NCBI GenBank assembly: GCA_963667465.2
Contig: CAXXDN010000001.1
Coordinates: 672,001 to 736,000 of the forward strand
DNA from: Dehalococcoidia bacterium
GTDB taxonomy: Bacteria > Chloroflexota > Dehalococcoidia > UBA2979
Length of the DNA: 64,000 nt
Reading direction: 5' to 3'
Shown here: positions 38,127 through 46,770 of the stretch, piece after piece
How positions within the stretch are numbered: the first letter of the stretch is position 1
Layout: the number at the start of each line of letters is the position of its first letter
Notes under the pieces: model-generated
The model's input: only the letters and a program-made list of their open reading frames with translations
Databases searched by the model: none
What the model was told of the DNA's origin: nothing
Program-made: the position numbers and the translations under genes

Positions 38127-39339
38127 CGCGCTGCCTCAGGATCGAGACGTCCTCAGGGGTGTAGCCGAGCAGCTCCGTCAGCACCTCCATGGTGTGCTCG
38201 CCGAGCAGGGGCGCACGGCGGATCGAGGCGGGCGTCGCGCTCAGCTTGAACTGTGCGCCGGGGTACTCGCGGGGGCCGGTCTCCGGGTGGTCGAGCTCGA
38301 CGAAGTAGCCACGCGCGCGCAGCTGGCGGTCGGCGAAGAGGTCCTCGGTAGTGTTGAGGGCTGCAACGGGGACGCCCTGCGCCTGCGCGGCGTCCATCAC
38401 CTCGATCTTGGTGCGTTCCAGCAGCCAGGGGTAGATCAGCGCGTCGATCTGCGGACCGAATTCGGGGTCGAGCAGGTTGCCGGAGTAGCTGGTGTCGTCG
38501 ATCAGGTCCTCGCGGCCGACCATGCGGCAGAAGCGGTCCCACCAGTAGGGGTAGCAGAGGAAGTTGACGTAGCCGTCCTTGCAGGGGAGCTGGCCGCCGT
38601 AGACGCCGTTGGGGAAGGCGCTGGCACGCAGGTTGCAGTCCTCGGTGACGAACAGCTCGCCGCCGTAGGAGTGGGCCATCACGTTTTGCGTGGCGCGGTC
38701 GAGCGAGCAGGCGAGCGCCTCCTGGATCGAGATGTCGACGCGCTCGCCGCGTCCGAGGCGCACGCCCAGCGTGATTGCACCGAGGCTGTACGAGGCTGCC
38801 ATCGCGCCGGCGAGGAAGAGCGGGGCGTAGAGCCACGGCCGGTTTGGCTCGCGGCCGGGATAGGCGGTGACGGCCAGCCCGCCGCCCATCGCGTAGAGCA
38901 GCATGTCGTCCGCCTCGAAGTCGCGGTACGGCCCGTGCTGCCCGAAGTTGCTGATCGAGACGAGCGTGGCGGCCGGGTTCGCCTCGGCGAGTTGCTCCTT
39001 GCTTAGCCCGAGGCGGGCGAGCGTGCCGGGCCGGAAGTTCTCGACGACGGCGTCGGCCCAGGCCCCGAGGCGGCGCAGGATGCGCTGCCCGCTCTCGGTC
39101 TTGAGGTTGAGCGTGAGGCTCCGCTTGCCGGTGTTGAGGTCCAGGAACAGCCCGCTGCGCTCGGGGTGCGGCTCGTCGTCCGGGAACGGTCCGGCCCGCC
39201 TCGAGGGGTCGCCGCCGTTGGGCCGTTCGATCTTGAGCACCTCGGCGCCGTAGTCGCTGAGCAGCTTGGTGCAATAGGGACCGGCGACCCCCTGCGTGAG
39301 GTCGAGGATCCGCAATCCATCGAGGGCGCCCTCGCTCAT
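38116..39339 (-). CDS. Class III CoA-transferase (no Asp at the apparent catalytic position; start re-called at 39339)
   Basis: GGAG RBS, MSEGALDGLRIL, LNTGKRS, YAPLFLAG. Confidence 0.9.
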   Translation of the reverse strand: MSEGALDGLRILDLTQGVAGPYCTKLLSDYGAEVLKIERPNGGDPSRRAGPFPDDEPHPERSGLFLDLNTGKRSLTLNLKTESGQRILRRLGAWADAVVENFRPGTLARLGLSKEQLAEANPAATLVSISNFGQHGPYRDFEADDMLLYAMGGGLAVTAYPGREPNRPWLYAPLFLAGAMAASYSLGAITLGVRLGRGERVDISIQEALACSLDRATQNVMAHSYGGELFVTEDCNLRASAFPNGVYGGQLPCKDGYVNFLCYPYWWDRFCRMVGREDLIDDTSYSGNLLDPEFGPQIDALIYPWLLERTKIEVMDAAQAQGVPVAALNTTEDLFADRQLRARGYFVELDHPETGPREYPGAQFKLSATPASIRRAPLLGEHTMEVLTELLGYTPEDVSILRQRDVV

Positions 39340-39519
39340 CGCCGCTCCTCCCGGCCGCCGCCGCAGTTGCCCAGCGCCCGGACTCGGCGAGTCCGGATCG
39401 TCTGCTGGACTATAGATGCAGCGGCGCTTCACGATGAAGCGCGGGCGGGTTTGCGCTCGGCGCCGGCTGGCGCGACGACGCCGACGCCATGCTCGAGTGG
39501 CTGGCGCGCACGCCGGAGC

Positions 39520-39570
39520 CGGAGCCCCCTCACCCCGCCCCTCTCCCGCGAGGGGAGAGGGGACCGGAAG
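39520..39570 (+). repeat. REP-like hairpin copy
   Basis: CCCCTCACCCCGCCCCTCTCCCGCGAGGGGAGAGGGGACCGGA. Confidence 0.75.
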
Positions 39571-39617
39571 GTGGCGGATGCGGCTTCCGAGGAGACGGGA
39601 AAGCCCGGCGGGCGCCC

Positions 39618-39839
39618 TCAGGCGGGGAGCAGACGGACCGCGCGTTTCAGGTTGTAGGCCGTGCACGTCAGCCACAGCTCGGTGGCGTTGCGCTCCAGGC
39701 CCGGGTAGCGCACCCGGCGGTAGGCGTAGCCGCGCCTGAGCGTCCCGAAGACCCGCTCCGGCGGGCCTGCCCTTCGACGCGGCGTGCAGCTCTGCAACGA
39801 CCGCGCCGCTGCGCTACCGGGGCGTTGCGCAACGGTCTC
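39618..39839 (-). mobile_element. Remnant of an IS5-like DDE transposase (C-terminus) with one possible terminal inverted repeat
   Basis: 39758-39618 reads ERVFGTLRRGYAYRRVRYPGLERNATELWLTCTAYNLKRAVRLLPA*; GAGACCGTTGCGCAAC at 39839-39824 resembles an IS end. Confidence 0.7.
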
Positions 39840-39869
39840 GCGAGCGGCGAGCAGGAACCGCCGGTGGCC

Positions 39870-40586
39870 CTACCCCTCGCCTGCCAGCGCGGCGTTCTCC
39901 GCGAGCACGCGCTCGACGTCCTCGCGGTAGAGCGCGCCGAGCAGCCTGCCGCCATCGTCGAACGCGCGCGAGGTGACGAGGACGCTCGGGTGCGGGTTGC
40001 GGCGCAGCCGCTCCGCGAGGCTGTGCAGGAAGGTGTCTGGCTTCTCGGTCGGCGGCTGCGGCTCCATCACGTCGCCGGCGCGGGCGGCCGGGTCGCCCTC
40101 GAGGGCAGCGCCGTCGATGCGGCCGAGCAGCACGCCGGAGTCGTCGATCACGGCGCAGAGCGGGTCGCCGGTCGCCTCGGCGCGCTCTCGCGCCTCACCG
40201 AGGGTCGCGTCCGGTCCGCACGTCGCCGGGAGGCGCATCAGGTCCAGCGCACGCCGCCGCCCGGCGCTGCGCCCGGCGAGGGGCAGCCCCTCCAGCGCCC
40301 AGTCGGACTTGCCCGGCACGTAGTCGTGTACGGCCTCGAAGCCGAGTTGTTCGAGCCGCGCCGCGGCTCGGGGCGAGGCGTCTCATTCCCGGTCGTAGCA
40401 GTAGACGATGACCGGCCGGTCGCGCCGCAGCGCGCCGACGGTGTCCGGCCCGAGGGCGGTCGCGGGGACGCTCACGGCGCCCTCAAGGTGCTCGTCCGCG
40501 TACTCGCGCTCGGGCAGCACGTCGACGAGCTGCGCGCCTTCGGCGAGCAGCGCCCGCACCTCGTCGCGCTCGATTTGCTTGACCAT
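39870..40586 (-). CDS. Rhodanese + CBS-like domain protein, probable selenoprotein (UGA at 40385-40383), 238 aa
   Basis: VIVYCYDRE-(TGA)-DASPRAAARLEQLGF..V.DY..GK.DW continues the rhodanese fold in frame; hairpin downstream of the TGA; GAGGAG RBS. Confidence 0.8.
40352..40370 (-). promoter_or_regulatory. Candidate bacterial SECIS hairpin
   Basis: CGAGCCGC-GGC-GCGGCUCG: perfect 8-bp stem that begins after a 12-nt spacer from the UGA, with a G-initiated loop. Confidence 0.6.
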
Positions 40587-40635
40587 CTGGGGTTCTCCTC
40601 GTGTGCGTCCGTTCGTGGCCATTGTACGGAGCCGG

Positions 40636-40676
40636 AGCTCCCTCACCCTGGCCCGCTCCCTCGGGGAGAGGGGATT
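40636..40676 (+). repeat. Degenerate REP-like copy
   Basis: CCCTCACCCTGGCCCGCTCCCTCGGGGAGAGGGG. Confidence 0.6.
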
Positions 40677-40700
40677 GGATGGTAGTCGGGGACGGCCGCC

Positions 40701-42164
40701 TCAGTCCGCCCCCCAGCGCCAGTAGACGGCGATCGCGAAAGCGACGATGGCGGCGGTGAGCAGCAGGCCGGCCTGCAGGCCGTCGATGATCGCCAGCGAG
40801 CGCAGCGGGCTGCCCTCGGCGGCGGCCGTGAGGTTCGCGCCCGCGAAGACGGTGAAGACCGCGCCGGAGACTGCGATGCCGCCCGCCTGCCCGATCCGCC
40901 TCGCCGTCACGATCGCCGCCGAGGCCATGCCGAGCCGCTGCACCGGCACGGAGCCCATGATCGTCGAGTTGTTGGGCGACTGGAACAGCGCCATCCCCAG
41001 CCCGATCAGCGACAGCCGCATGGCAACGTCCGGCACCGCGGTGCCGCTGTCCGCGAGCGCGAGCAGCGCAATGCCGAGGCTCGTCGAGGCGAGGCCAAGC
41101 GGCACGAGCAGCCTCGGGCCGGCGCGGTCGGAGAGGCGGCCGGTGATCGGGGCGAAGACGAACAGCGTGAGCGGCTGCGCGGCGATGATCGCGCCTGCCT
41201 CGAGCGTGCTGAAGCCGCGCGCGCCGACGAGGTAGAACGGCGTCAGCACCATCACGGCGGCGAAGCCCCAGTAGAAGAGGATCGCCGTGCCCACCGAGCC
41301 GCTGAAGGCGCGGATGCGCAGCAGCTCCAGCGAGACCACCGGGCTCGCCGCGCGCCGCTCAATCAGCACGAACAGCGGCGTGAGCGCCAGCCCGAGGACG
41401 AACAGCCCGATGATCCACGGGCTGTCCCAGCCCCAGGCGTTGCCGCGGTTGACGGCCAGCGTGAGGCTCGCGAGGGCGCCGAAGAGCGTGAGCGAGCCGG
41501 GGATGTCCAGCCCGCGCTCGCGGCCCTCGGTGGGGGTGCTGCGCAGCACCAGCAGGAGCACGGCGGTCAGCGTCACGCTCAGCGGCAGCCGCGTGAGGAA
41601 GATCGCGCGCCAGTCCAGCAGTTCGACGAGCACGCCGCCCAGCACCGGACCGGAGGCGAGGCCGAAGCCGACCGTGCCGCCCATGATGCCAAGCGCCTGC
41701 CCCCGGCGCTCCGGGGGCACGAAGGAGGTGACGATCGCGTTGCCGTTGGAGACGACCATCGAGTTGCCAACCGCCTGCAGTCCGCGCGCGGCCACGAGCG
41801 CGGGTAACGAGGGCGCCGCGCCCGCCGCGAGCAGGCTCAGCGCGACGATCGCGTTGCCGCCGACGAAGAAGCGCTTGCGCCCGTAGAGGTCGCCGAGCCG
41901 CCCGAACGGGAGCGCGAGCCCGGTGCCGAGCAGCACGAAGACCAGCATGACCCAGACCACCGCGTCGATCGTCGTCTCGAACTCGGAGGCGAGAGTGGGC
42001 AGCGCGATGTTGATGATCGAGGTGTCCATCGTGCCGAGCAGGACGGATCCGGCGACGGGACCCAGCACCAGCCACGGCAGGCGCGGGGCGCGGCGCCGCG
42101 TGAGGTCCGCGGCGCCCTCGCCGGGCTGTTCTTCGCTCTCGCCGGGCACCGAGTCGTCGGGCAT
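40701..42164 (-). CDS. DHA2 (EmrB/QacA-like) MFS transporter
   Basis: MDTSIINIALP, GRLGDLYGRKR, GPVLGG, FQSPN. Confidence 0.9.
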   Translation of the reverse strand: MPDDSVPGESEEQPGEGAADLTRRRAPRLPWLVLGPVAGSVLLGTMDTSIINIALPTLASEFETTIDAVVWVMLVFVLLGTGLALPFGRLGDLYGRKRFFVGGNAIVALSLLAAGAAPSLPALVAARGLQAVGNSMVVSNGNAIVTSFVPPERRGQALGIMGGTVGFGLASGPVLGGVLVELLDWRAIFLTRLPLSVTLTAVLLLVLRSTPTEGRERGLDIPGSLTLFGALASLTLAVNRGNAWGWDSPWIIGLFVLGLALTPLFVLIERRAASPVVSLELLRIRAFSGSVGTAILFYWGFAAVMVLTPFYLVGARGFSTLEAGAIIAAQPLTLFVFAPITGRLSDRAGPRLLVPLGLASTSLGIALLALADSGTAVPDVAMRLSLIGLGMALFQSPNNSTIMGSVPVQRLGMASAAIVTARRIGQAGGIAVSGAVFTVFAGANLTAAAEGSPLRSLAIIDGLQAGLLLTAAIVAFAIAVYWRWGAD

Positions 42165-42262
42165 CGCGCGATGATACGGGGACCGCGGCGCGCGGTCGCC
42201 GATTGAGGAGCCACCGCCGTCGCGAGGTTGCCACGGTGGGCGCCGGGCCTGAGAATCCGCGG

Positions 42263-42820
42263 ATGCGCGGCCGACCCCTGCTCTGGCAGCTCGACGTGGC
42301 GATCAAGCTCGTGATGGTCGCGCTGCTCGCATTCGGCGCGTTCAGCGGCTTGCAGCAGTTCGAAGGCAAGGCGTTCGGCGGGCGGCTGGTCTTCTACCCG
42401 CTCGCCGTCCTCATCCTGCCGGTTGCGTGGCGGATCTTTGCCTCGGGGCGGCCGTTTCCCTACCGCGCCGACGTGCTGATCACGCTGCCGTTCCTGATCG
42501 ATGTCGCGGGCAACGCGGGCGACCTCTACGACACGGTCGTGTGGTGGGACGATGCGAATCACTTCGTGAACTGGGCGCTGCTCTCCGCCGGCGCCGGGCT
42601 GCTCATCCCCCGCGACCGCATCGAGGACTGGGCACTCGCCGGTCTCGTGGTCGGCTTCGGCACGACGACCGCCATCGGCTGGGAGTTGATGGAGTACTGG
42701 ACGTTCATTCGCGACTCGCCGGAGTTCGCTACCGCGTACGCGGACACGCTCGGCGATCTTGCGCTCGGTACGCTCGGTTCGGGGGTGGCCGCGGCCCTCG
42801 TGACGAGGTTCGCGCGCTAG
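42263..42820 (+). CDS. Hypothetical integral membrane protein
   Basis: WWDDANHF...WELMEY...YADTLGDL pattern in a multi-TM protein. Confidence 0.75.
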   Translation: MRGRPLLWQLDVAIKLVMVALLAFGAFSGLQQFEGKAFGGRLVFYPLAVLILPVAWRIFASGRPFPYRADVLITLPFLIDVAGNAGDLYDTVVWWDDANHFVNWALLSAGAGLLIPRDRIEDWALAGLVVGFGTTTAIGWELMEYWTFIRDSPEFATAYADTLGDLALGTLGSGVAAALVTRFAR

Positions 42821-43212
42821 CGGTCCTGATCCATGCGGCGGTGCGCGAACTTCCAGGCGCCGTCCACCTTGCGCACGGTGTGGCGGTACATGCCGGTGTG
42901 GCCAATGCGCGGGCCCTCGTGCGGCCGCAGCAGCATCAGGTAGCACGTGACCTGCGCCTCTTCGGCGTCGCCCTCGATCAGCACGTTGTTCAGCCAGTGC
43001 CGTGAGGCCGGCTGGTCCGGGTTGTTCGCGCGCGAGGCAGCAACCTCGCGGAGCTGCTCGATGCCCTCCCAGCGGCGGTCGGGCGGGAACTCGTAGACAG
43101 CGTCCTCGGTAAAGCAGTCGAGCCAGGCCTCGCCGTCGCCGCCGTCGATTGCGTGGTTGTAGCGGGTCAGCAGATCGAGGATTGCCATCCGGTCTTCAGT
43201 CGAGATCGCCAT
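42817..43212 (-). CDS. NTF2-like/SnoaL-like protein
   Basis: EDRMAILDLLTRY...FTEDA...RHW..N...G.Y...WKF..R. Confidence 0.88.
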   Translation of the reverse strand: MAISTEDRMAILDLLTRYNHAIDGGDGEAWLDCFTEDAVYEFPPDRRWEGIEQLREVAASRANNPDQPASRHWLNNVLIEGDAEEAQVTCYLMLLRPHEGPRIGHTGMYRHTVRKVDGAWKFAHRRMDQDR

Positions 43213-43233
43213 CCCGTCTCGCCCCCTCGCGTG

Positions 43234-43665
43234 CTAATCGCCCTCGCGGGCGTCCCAGTCGATCGTTTCGCCGCGGGCGAGCGCCTCGATCTCCTCGAGG
43301 ATGTAGAGCAACTCGCGGTCGTCCCGGCGGGCGATGTCGGGGATGTGGTAGCCGTGGTCGAAGGCGGCGACGACCTGCGAGTGGTCGTCGATCACGTAGT
43401 CCGGCATCACGTGCACGTCCATCTCGTCGAGCCGTTCGCGATAGCGATAGAGCGGCTTGACGAAGTAGTCGTCGACGTAGCCGTCGAGGCCATGCAGGCG
43501 CATGTCGAAGCGCCGGATGCCGACGCCCGACCAGATGTAGATCGCGTGACCGGCCTGCTTGAGGCGGCTGAACACCTCCTCGGTGTGATTGCGCAGCCGC
43601 CCATCCGCCATGATCAGCGTGTAGTCGACGTCGAAGAAGACGTTCAGGCATCGATGCTCGGCCAT
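43234..43665 (-). CDS. Minimal HAD-superfamily hydrolase
   Basis: FFDVDYTL (DxD), IWSG, KP, VIDD. Confidence 0.8.
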   Translation of the reverse strand: MAEHRCLNVFFDVDYTLIMADGRLRNHTEEVFSRLKQAGHAIYIWSGVGIRRFDMRLHGLDGYVDDYFVKPLYRYRERLDEMDVHVMPDYVIDDHSQVVAAFDHGYHIPDIARRDDRELLYILEEIEALARGETIDWDAREGD

Positions 43666-43776
43666 GGCGCCTCGTTCACCGCAGCGGCGGCGCCATCCGG
43701 CGCCCGGCCCGGCCCCGTCCACCCGGGGCACGCGCGATAGCATAACGTGAGGCCGCCTCACGCTCGATAGCGCTCG

Positions 43777-43862
43777 TCCGGCCCTCTCCTGGGGGCGGGG
43801 GTTGGGGTGAGAGGGCTCGCCCGCAGCCCCTCGCTGCGCCGCTGGGTTGTTGCGCCCGACCC
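43777..43862 (-). repeat. REP-like element copy (reverse orientation)
   Basis: Reverse strand reads GGGCGCAACAACCC...GGCGAGCCCTCTCACCCC...CCCCCAGGAGAGGGCCGGA. Confidence 0.7.
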
Positions 43863-44017
43863 CGGCGGGGTGTGGGGGACCTGCGAGGTATCCTCGCGCC
43901 AGATCGAAGCTGCAAAGCCCACTCTGAAGGACGCGCGCCTGTCCTCGATTGGCGCGGCGTGAGCGCCGGACCAGCGCGTGTTGTCGGAGCGGGGCGGCGG
44001 GTCGTAGGCTGGCGGGC

Positions 44018-45229
44018 GTGAGCACGTCCGGGACTTCTCCGTGGGACGAGGCTGCGATCGAGGCACTGGTCGCGCCGTTCCTGCGCGGCCTCGCCCCGCC
44101 GACGTCGCTTTCCGTCCTGCAGTACGACCTCAACGCCGGCGTGCCGGACCGCGCCTCGCTGCCCGCTGCGGAGATCGCCGAGGCCGCAGCCCGCGCGCTG
44201 CGCGATGATCCCGCCGGCGCACTCACCTACGGCGGGGCGCAGGGTTACGCGCCGCTGCGCGCCTGGATTGCCGAGCGGCATTGCGCCGAGGGCCTGACCA
44301 TCGGACCGGAGCACGTCACGCTCTGCTCCGGCAGCGCGCACGCCCTCGACAACATCGCCGCCGCCTTCCTCGGACCCGGCGATGCGGCCGTCGTCGGGGC
44401 GCCGACCTACCCCGGCGCGATCCGCGCCTTCCGAGCGCGCGGCGCCGCGCTGATCGATGTCCCGCAGGACGCCGCCGGCCTGCGTCCCGACGCGCTCCTC
44501 GATGCGCTCGCTCGCCAGGACGGGCCTTCGCCGAAGCTGCTCTACCTGATCCCCACCTACGACAACCCGAGTGGCAGCACGATGCCGCTCGAGCGCCGCG
44601 AGAAGTTGCTGCGCATCGCCGGGGAGCACGGCCTGCTGATCGTCGAGGACGACGCCTACGCGGGGCTCGACCTCGACGGACCGCCGCCGCCCTCGCTGTT
44701 CTCGCTCGCGCGGGGGCGGGGCGTGCTGTACGTCGGCACGTCCTCCAAGACGATCGCGACGGGCCTGCGGCTCGGCTGGACCGTGGCCGCGCCCGAGGTG
44801 ATCCGCCAGCTCGTCTTCGCGCGGCTCGACAACGGCGCCTCGCCCTTCGTGCACCGCACGGTGCTGGAGTACCTGCGGTCCGGCGAAGGGAGCGCATACG
44901 AGGCGCACGTCGAGCGCCTGCGCGCGATCTACCGCGCACGCCGCGACGCCGCCGCCGAGACCGCGCGCGAGGCGTTCGGCGACCTCGTGCGCTTCGAGCC
45001 GCCGGCCGGCGGCTTCTACCTCTGGCTGCACCTCGGCGAGGGACTCGACGCCCACTCGTTCGCGCTGGAGGCGGCGGAACGCGGCGTGGCGGTCACGCCG
45101 GGGCCGCTCTACTTCGCGAACGGCGGAGGCGAACGCAACGTGCGCGTCGCCTGGCCCGCGCTCCCGCCCGAGGATCTGCGCGACGCGATCGCGCGCCTCG
45201 GCGAGGCGGCGTCCGCCGCCTCGTCCTGA
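44018..45229 (+). CDS. PLP-dependent aminotransferase class I/II (leaderless GTG start)
   Basis: YG..QGY..LR, PTY, NPSG, EDDAY, SKTIATGLRLGW. Confidence 0.9.
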   Translation: MSTSGTSPWDEAAIEALVAPFLRGLAPPTSLSVLQYDLNAGVPDRASLPAAEIAEAAARALRDDPAGALTYGGAQGYAPLRAWIAERHCAEGLTIGPEHVTLCSGSAHALDNIAAAFLGPGDAAVVGAPTYPGAIRAFRARGAALIDVPQDAAGLRPDALLDALARQDGPSPKLLYLIPTYDNPSGSTMPLERREKLLRIAGEHGLLIVEDDAYAGLDLDGPPPPSLFSLARGRGVLYVGTSSKTIATGLRLGWTVAAPEVIRQLVFARLDNGASPFVHRTVLEYLRSGEGSAYEAHVERLRAIYRARRDAAAETAREAFGDLVRFEPPAGGFYLWLHLGEGLDAHSFALEAAERGVAVTPGPLYFANGGGERNVRVAWPALPPEDLRDAIARLGEAASAASS

Positions 45230-45268
45230 GGGGCGTGCGACTGCGCCGCTACGCGAATTCGCGAGCGC

Positions 45269-45655
45269 TCAGACCACCTGGATGGCGCCGGGATAGCGCC
45301 CGACGGTCTCGTCAGCGGTCAGCAGGGTCAGCGCCTCGATCTGCGCCTGTGCGACGAGGATGCGGTCGAACGGATCGCCGTGAATGGTCGGCAGCAGATC
45401 CACGGCCACGGCGTGGGCTCCGCTGATCGCGAGCTCCTGGTGGCCGTTCTCGATCAGCGCCCGGCGCAACAGGCGGGGATCAACGCGAAAATCGTCGCGC
45501 CCCAACCCGCTCTTGATGGCGACCTCCCACAACGAGGCGGCGCTGAAGTACAGCTCGTTCTCCGGATTCTCGATGACGGCGCGAGCGCTGGGCCGCAGGC
45601 GCTCCGGCATGCCAGCGGCCCAGAGCAGGATGTGCGTATCGAGCAGGATCCTCAC
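45269..45655 (-). CDS. PIN-domain (VapC) toxin
   Basis: ILLDTHILLW...SLWEVAIK...HGDPFDRILVAQA...LTAD. Confidence 0.94.
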   Translation of the reverse strand: MRILLDTHILLWAAGMPERLRPSARAVIENPENELYFSAASLWEVAIKSGLGRDDFRVDPRLLRRALIENGHQELAISGAHAVAVDLLPTIHGDPFDRILVAQAQIEALTLLTADETVGRYPGAIQVV

Positions 45656-45891
45656 CGCGACCCCTCGAACATCGTCTCGATCTCATCGGCGCCCATGCGG
45701 TCGAAGTCGTCGGGCACCGAGATGCCGGGGAGGAAGCCGGTCCGGCGCGGTCCGGAGGCCGGCGCCTCAAGCGAGATGACCTTGACCAGCGGCTTGCCAG
45801 CGCGCGCGATGATGAAGGGCTCTCCGTCCACCGCGGCCTGCACGAGCTTCGAGAGCTGCGACTTGGCCTCATGCATATTGACGACACGCAT
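45652..45891 (-). CDS. Phd/YefM family antitoxin
   Basis: VNMHEAKSQLSKLV...GEPFIIARAGKP. Confidence 0.93.
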   Translation of the reverse strand: MRVVNMHEAKSQLSKLVQAAVDGEPFIIARAGKPLVKVISLEAPASGPRRTGFLPGISVPDDFDRMGADEIETMFEGSR

Positions 45892-45904
45892 GGGAGCCTC
45901 CGGT

Positions 45905-45931
45905 ACTTAGTCCGATCCGATGGACTTAGTC
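45905..45931. promoter_or_regulatory. Putative TA operator (two ACTTAGTC repeats)
   Basis: ACTTAGTC at 45905 and 45924, upstream of the antitoxin. Confidence 0.5.
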
Positions 45932-45935
45932 TATC

Positions 45936-46748
45936 CTACGGCGCATCTTCGCGCACCGCGACGACGCGCAGCCGCCGGTAGTCGACGACCCAGCGCCCGC
46001 CCTCGTCGCCGTCCTCGCGCCAGAGCTGAGGGCGCACGGCCGCCTCGACGCGCGCGATCACGGCGTCGGCGTGGCCGGGGGTGAGGTCCGCGAGCCAGGG
46101 GTGGCCGAACATGCGCAGCCAGCCTGCCAGGCCGGCCGCGCCGTCCTCGAGCGTGGTCGGGCGGTCGAAGAGCGTCATGAGCTGAGGCTCGAACCCGTGC
46201 TGCTCCAGCAGTGCGGCGTACTCGGCGAGGGCAGGGAAGTACCACGGCCGCGGCTGGCGCTCGCGCGGCGCCCCCTCGGCCTCGAGGGCGTCACGCAGCG
46301 CGCCCTCGACGATGGCGACGTTGCCGCGTCCGCCCAGCTCGGCGACGAGCCGCCCTCCGGGCCGGAGCAGGGCGTGCAAGCCTTGCAGCACCGCTTCGGG
46401 ACGCGTCATCCAGTGCAGCGCGGCGTTCGAGAAGACGGCGTCGAACGGTCCCGCCAGCGAGGACTCAGCCAGCGCCTCGCCGTCGCCCTCGATGAACTCG
46501 AGCGTCTGGCGCCTCGAGGCCGGGAACTGCGCCCGTGCTGCCTCGATCATCGCCGCGTCGCTGTCGAGGCCGACGACGGAGGCGCCGCGTGCGGCGATCG
46601 CGGCCGCGAGCAGCCCGGTCCCGCAGCCCAGGTCGAGGATGCGCTCGTCCGGCTGCGGATCGAGCAGCGCGACGAGATCCCCGGCGTGATCGGAGACGAA
46701 GCGAAAGCTCTCGTCGTAGGCGCGCGCGTCCCAGCTCGCGCTGCTCAT
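45936..46748 (-). CDS. Class I SAM-dependent methyltransferase
   Basis: ILDLGCGTG, FDAVFSNAALHW, DYRRLR. Confidence 0.9.
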   Translation of the reverse strand: MSSASWDARAYDESFRFVSDHAGDLVALLDPQPDERILDLGCGTGLLAAAIAARGASVVGLDSDAAMIEAARAQFPASRRQTLEFIEGDGEALAESSLAGPFDAVFSNAALHWMTRPEAVLQGLHALLRPGGRLVAELGGRGNVAIVEGALRDALEAEGAPRERQPRPWYFPALAEYAALLEQHGFEPQLMTLFDRPTTLEDGAAGLAGWLRMFGHPWLADLTPGHADAVIARVEAAVRPQLWREDGDEGGRWVVDYRRLRVVAVREDAP

Positions 46749-46770
46749 CGTCGGGTCGCGGAGGAGCCCG

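Noticed and set aside
39424-39442. Palindrome GCGCTTCA-CGA-TGAAGCGC upstream of a TATAGT -10 for the CoA-transferase pair
   Set aside because: A plausible operator, but it is a single instance with no regulator in the window, so support is too weak.
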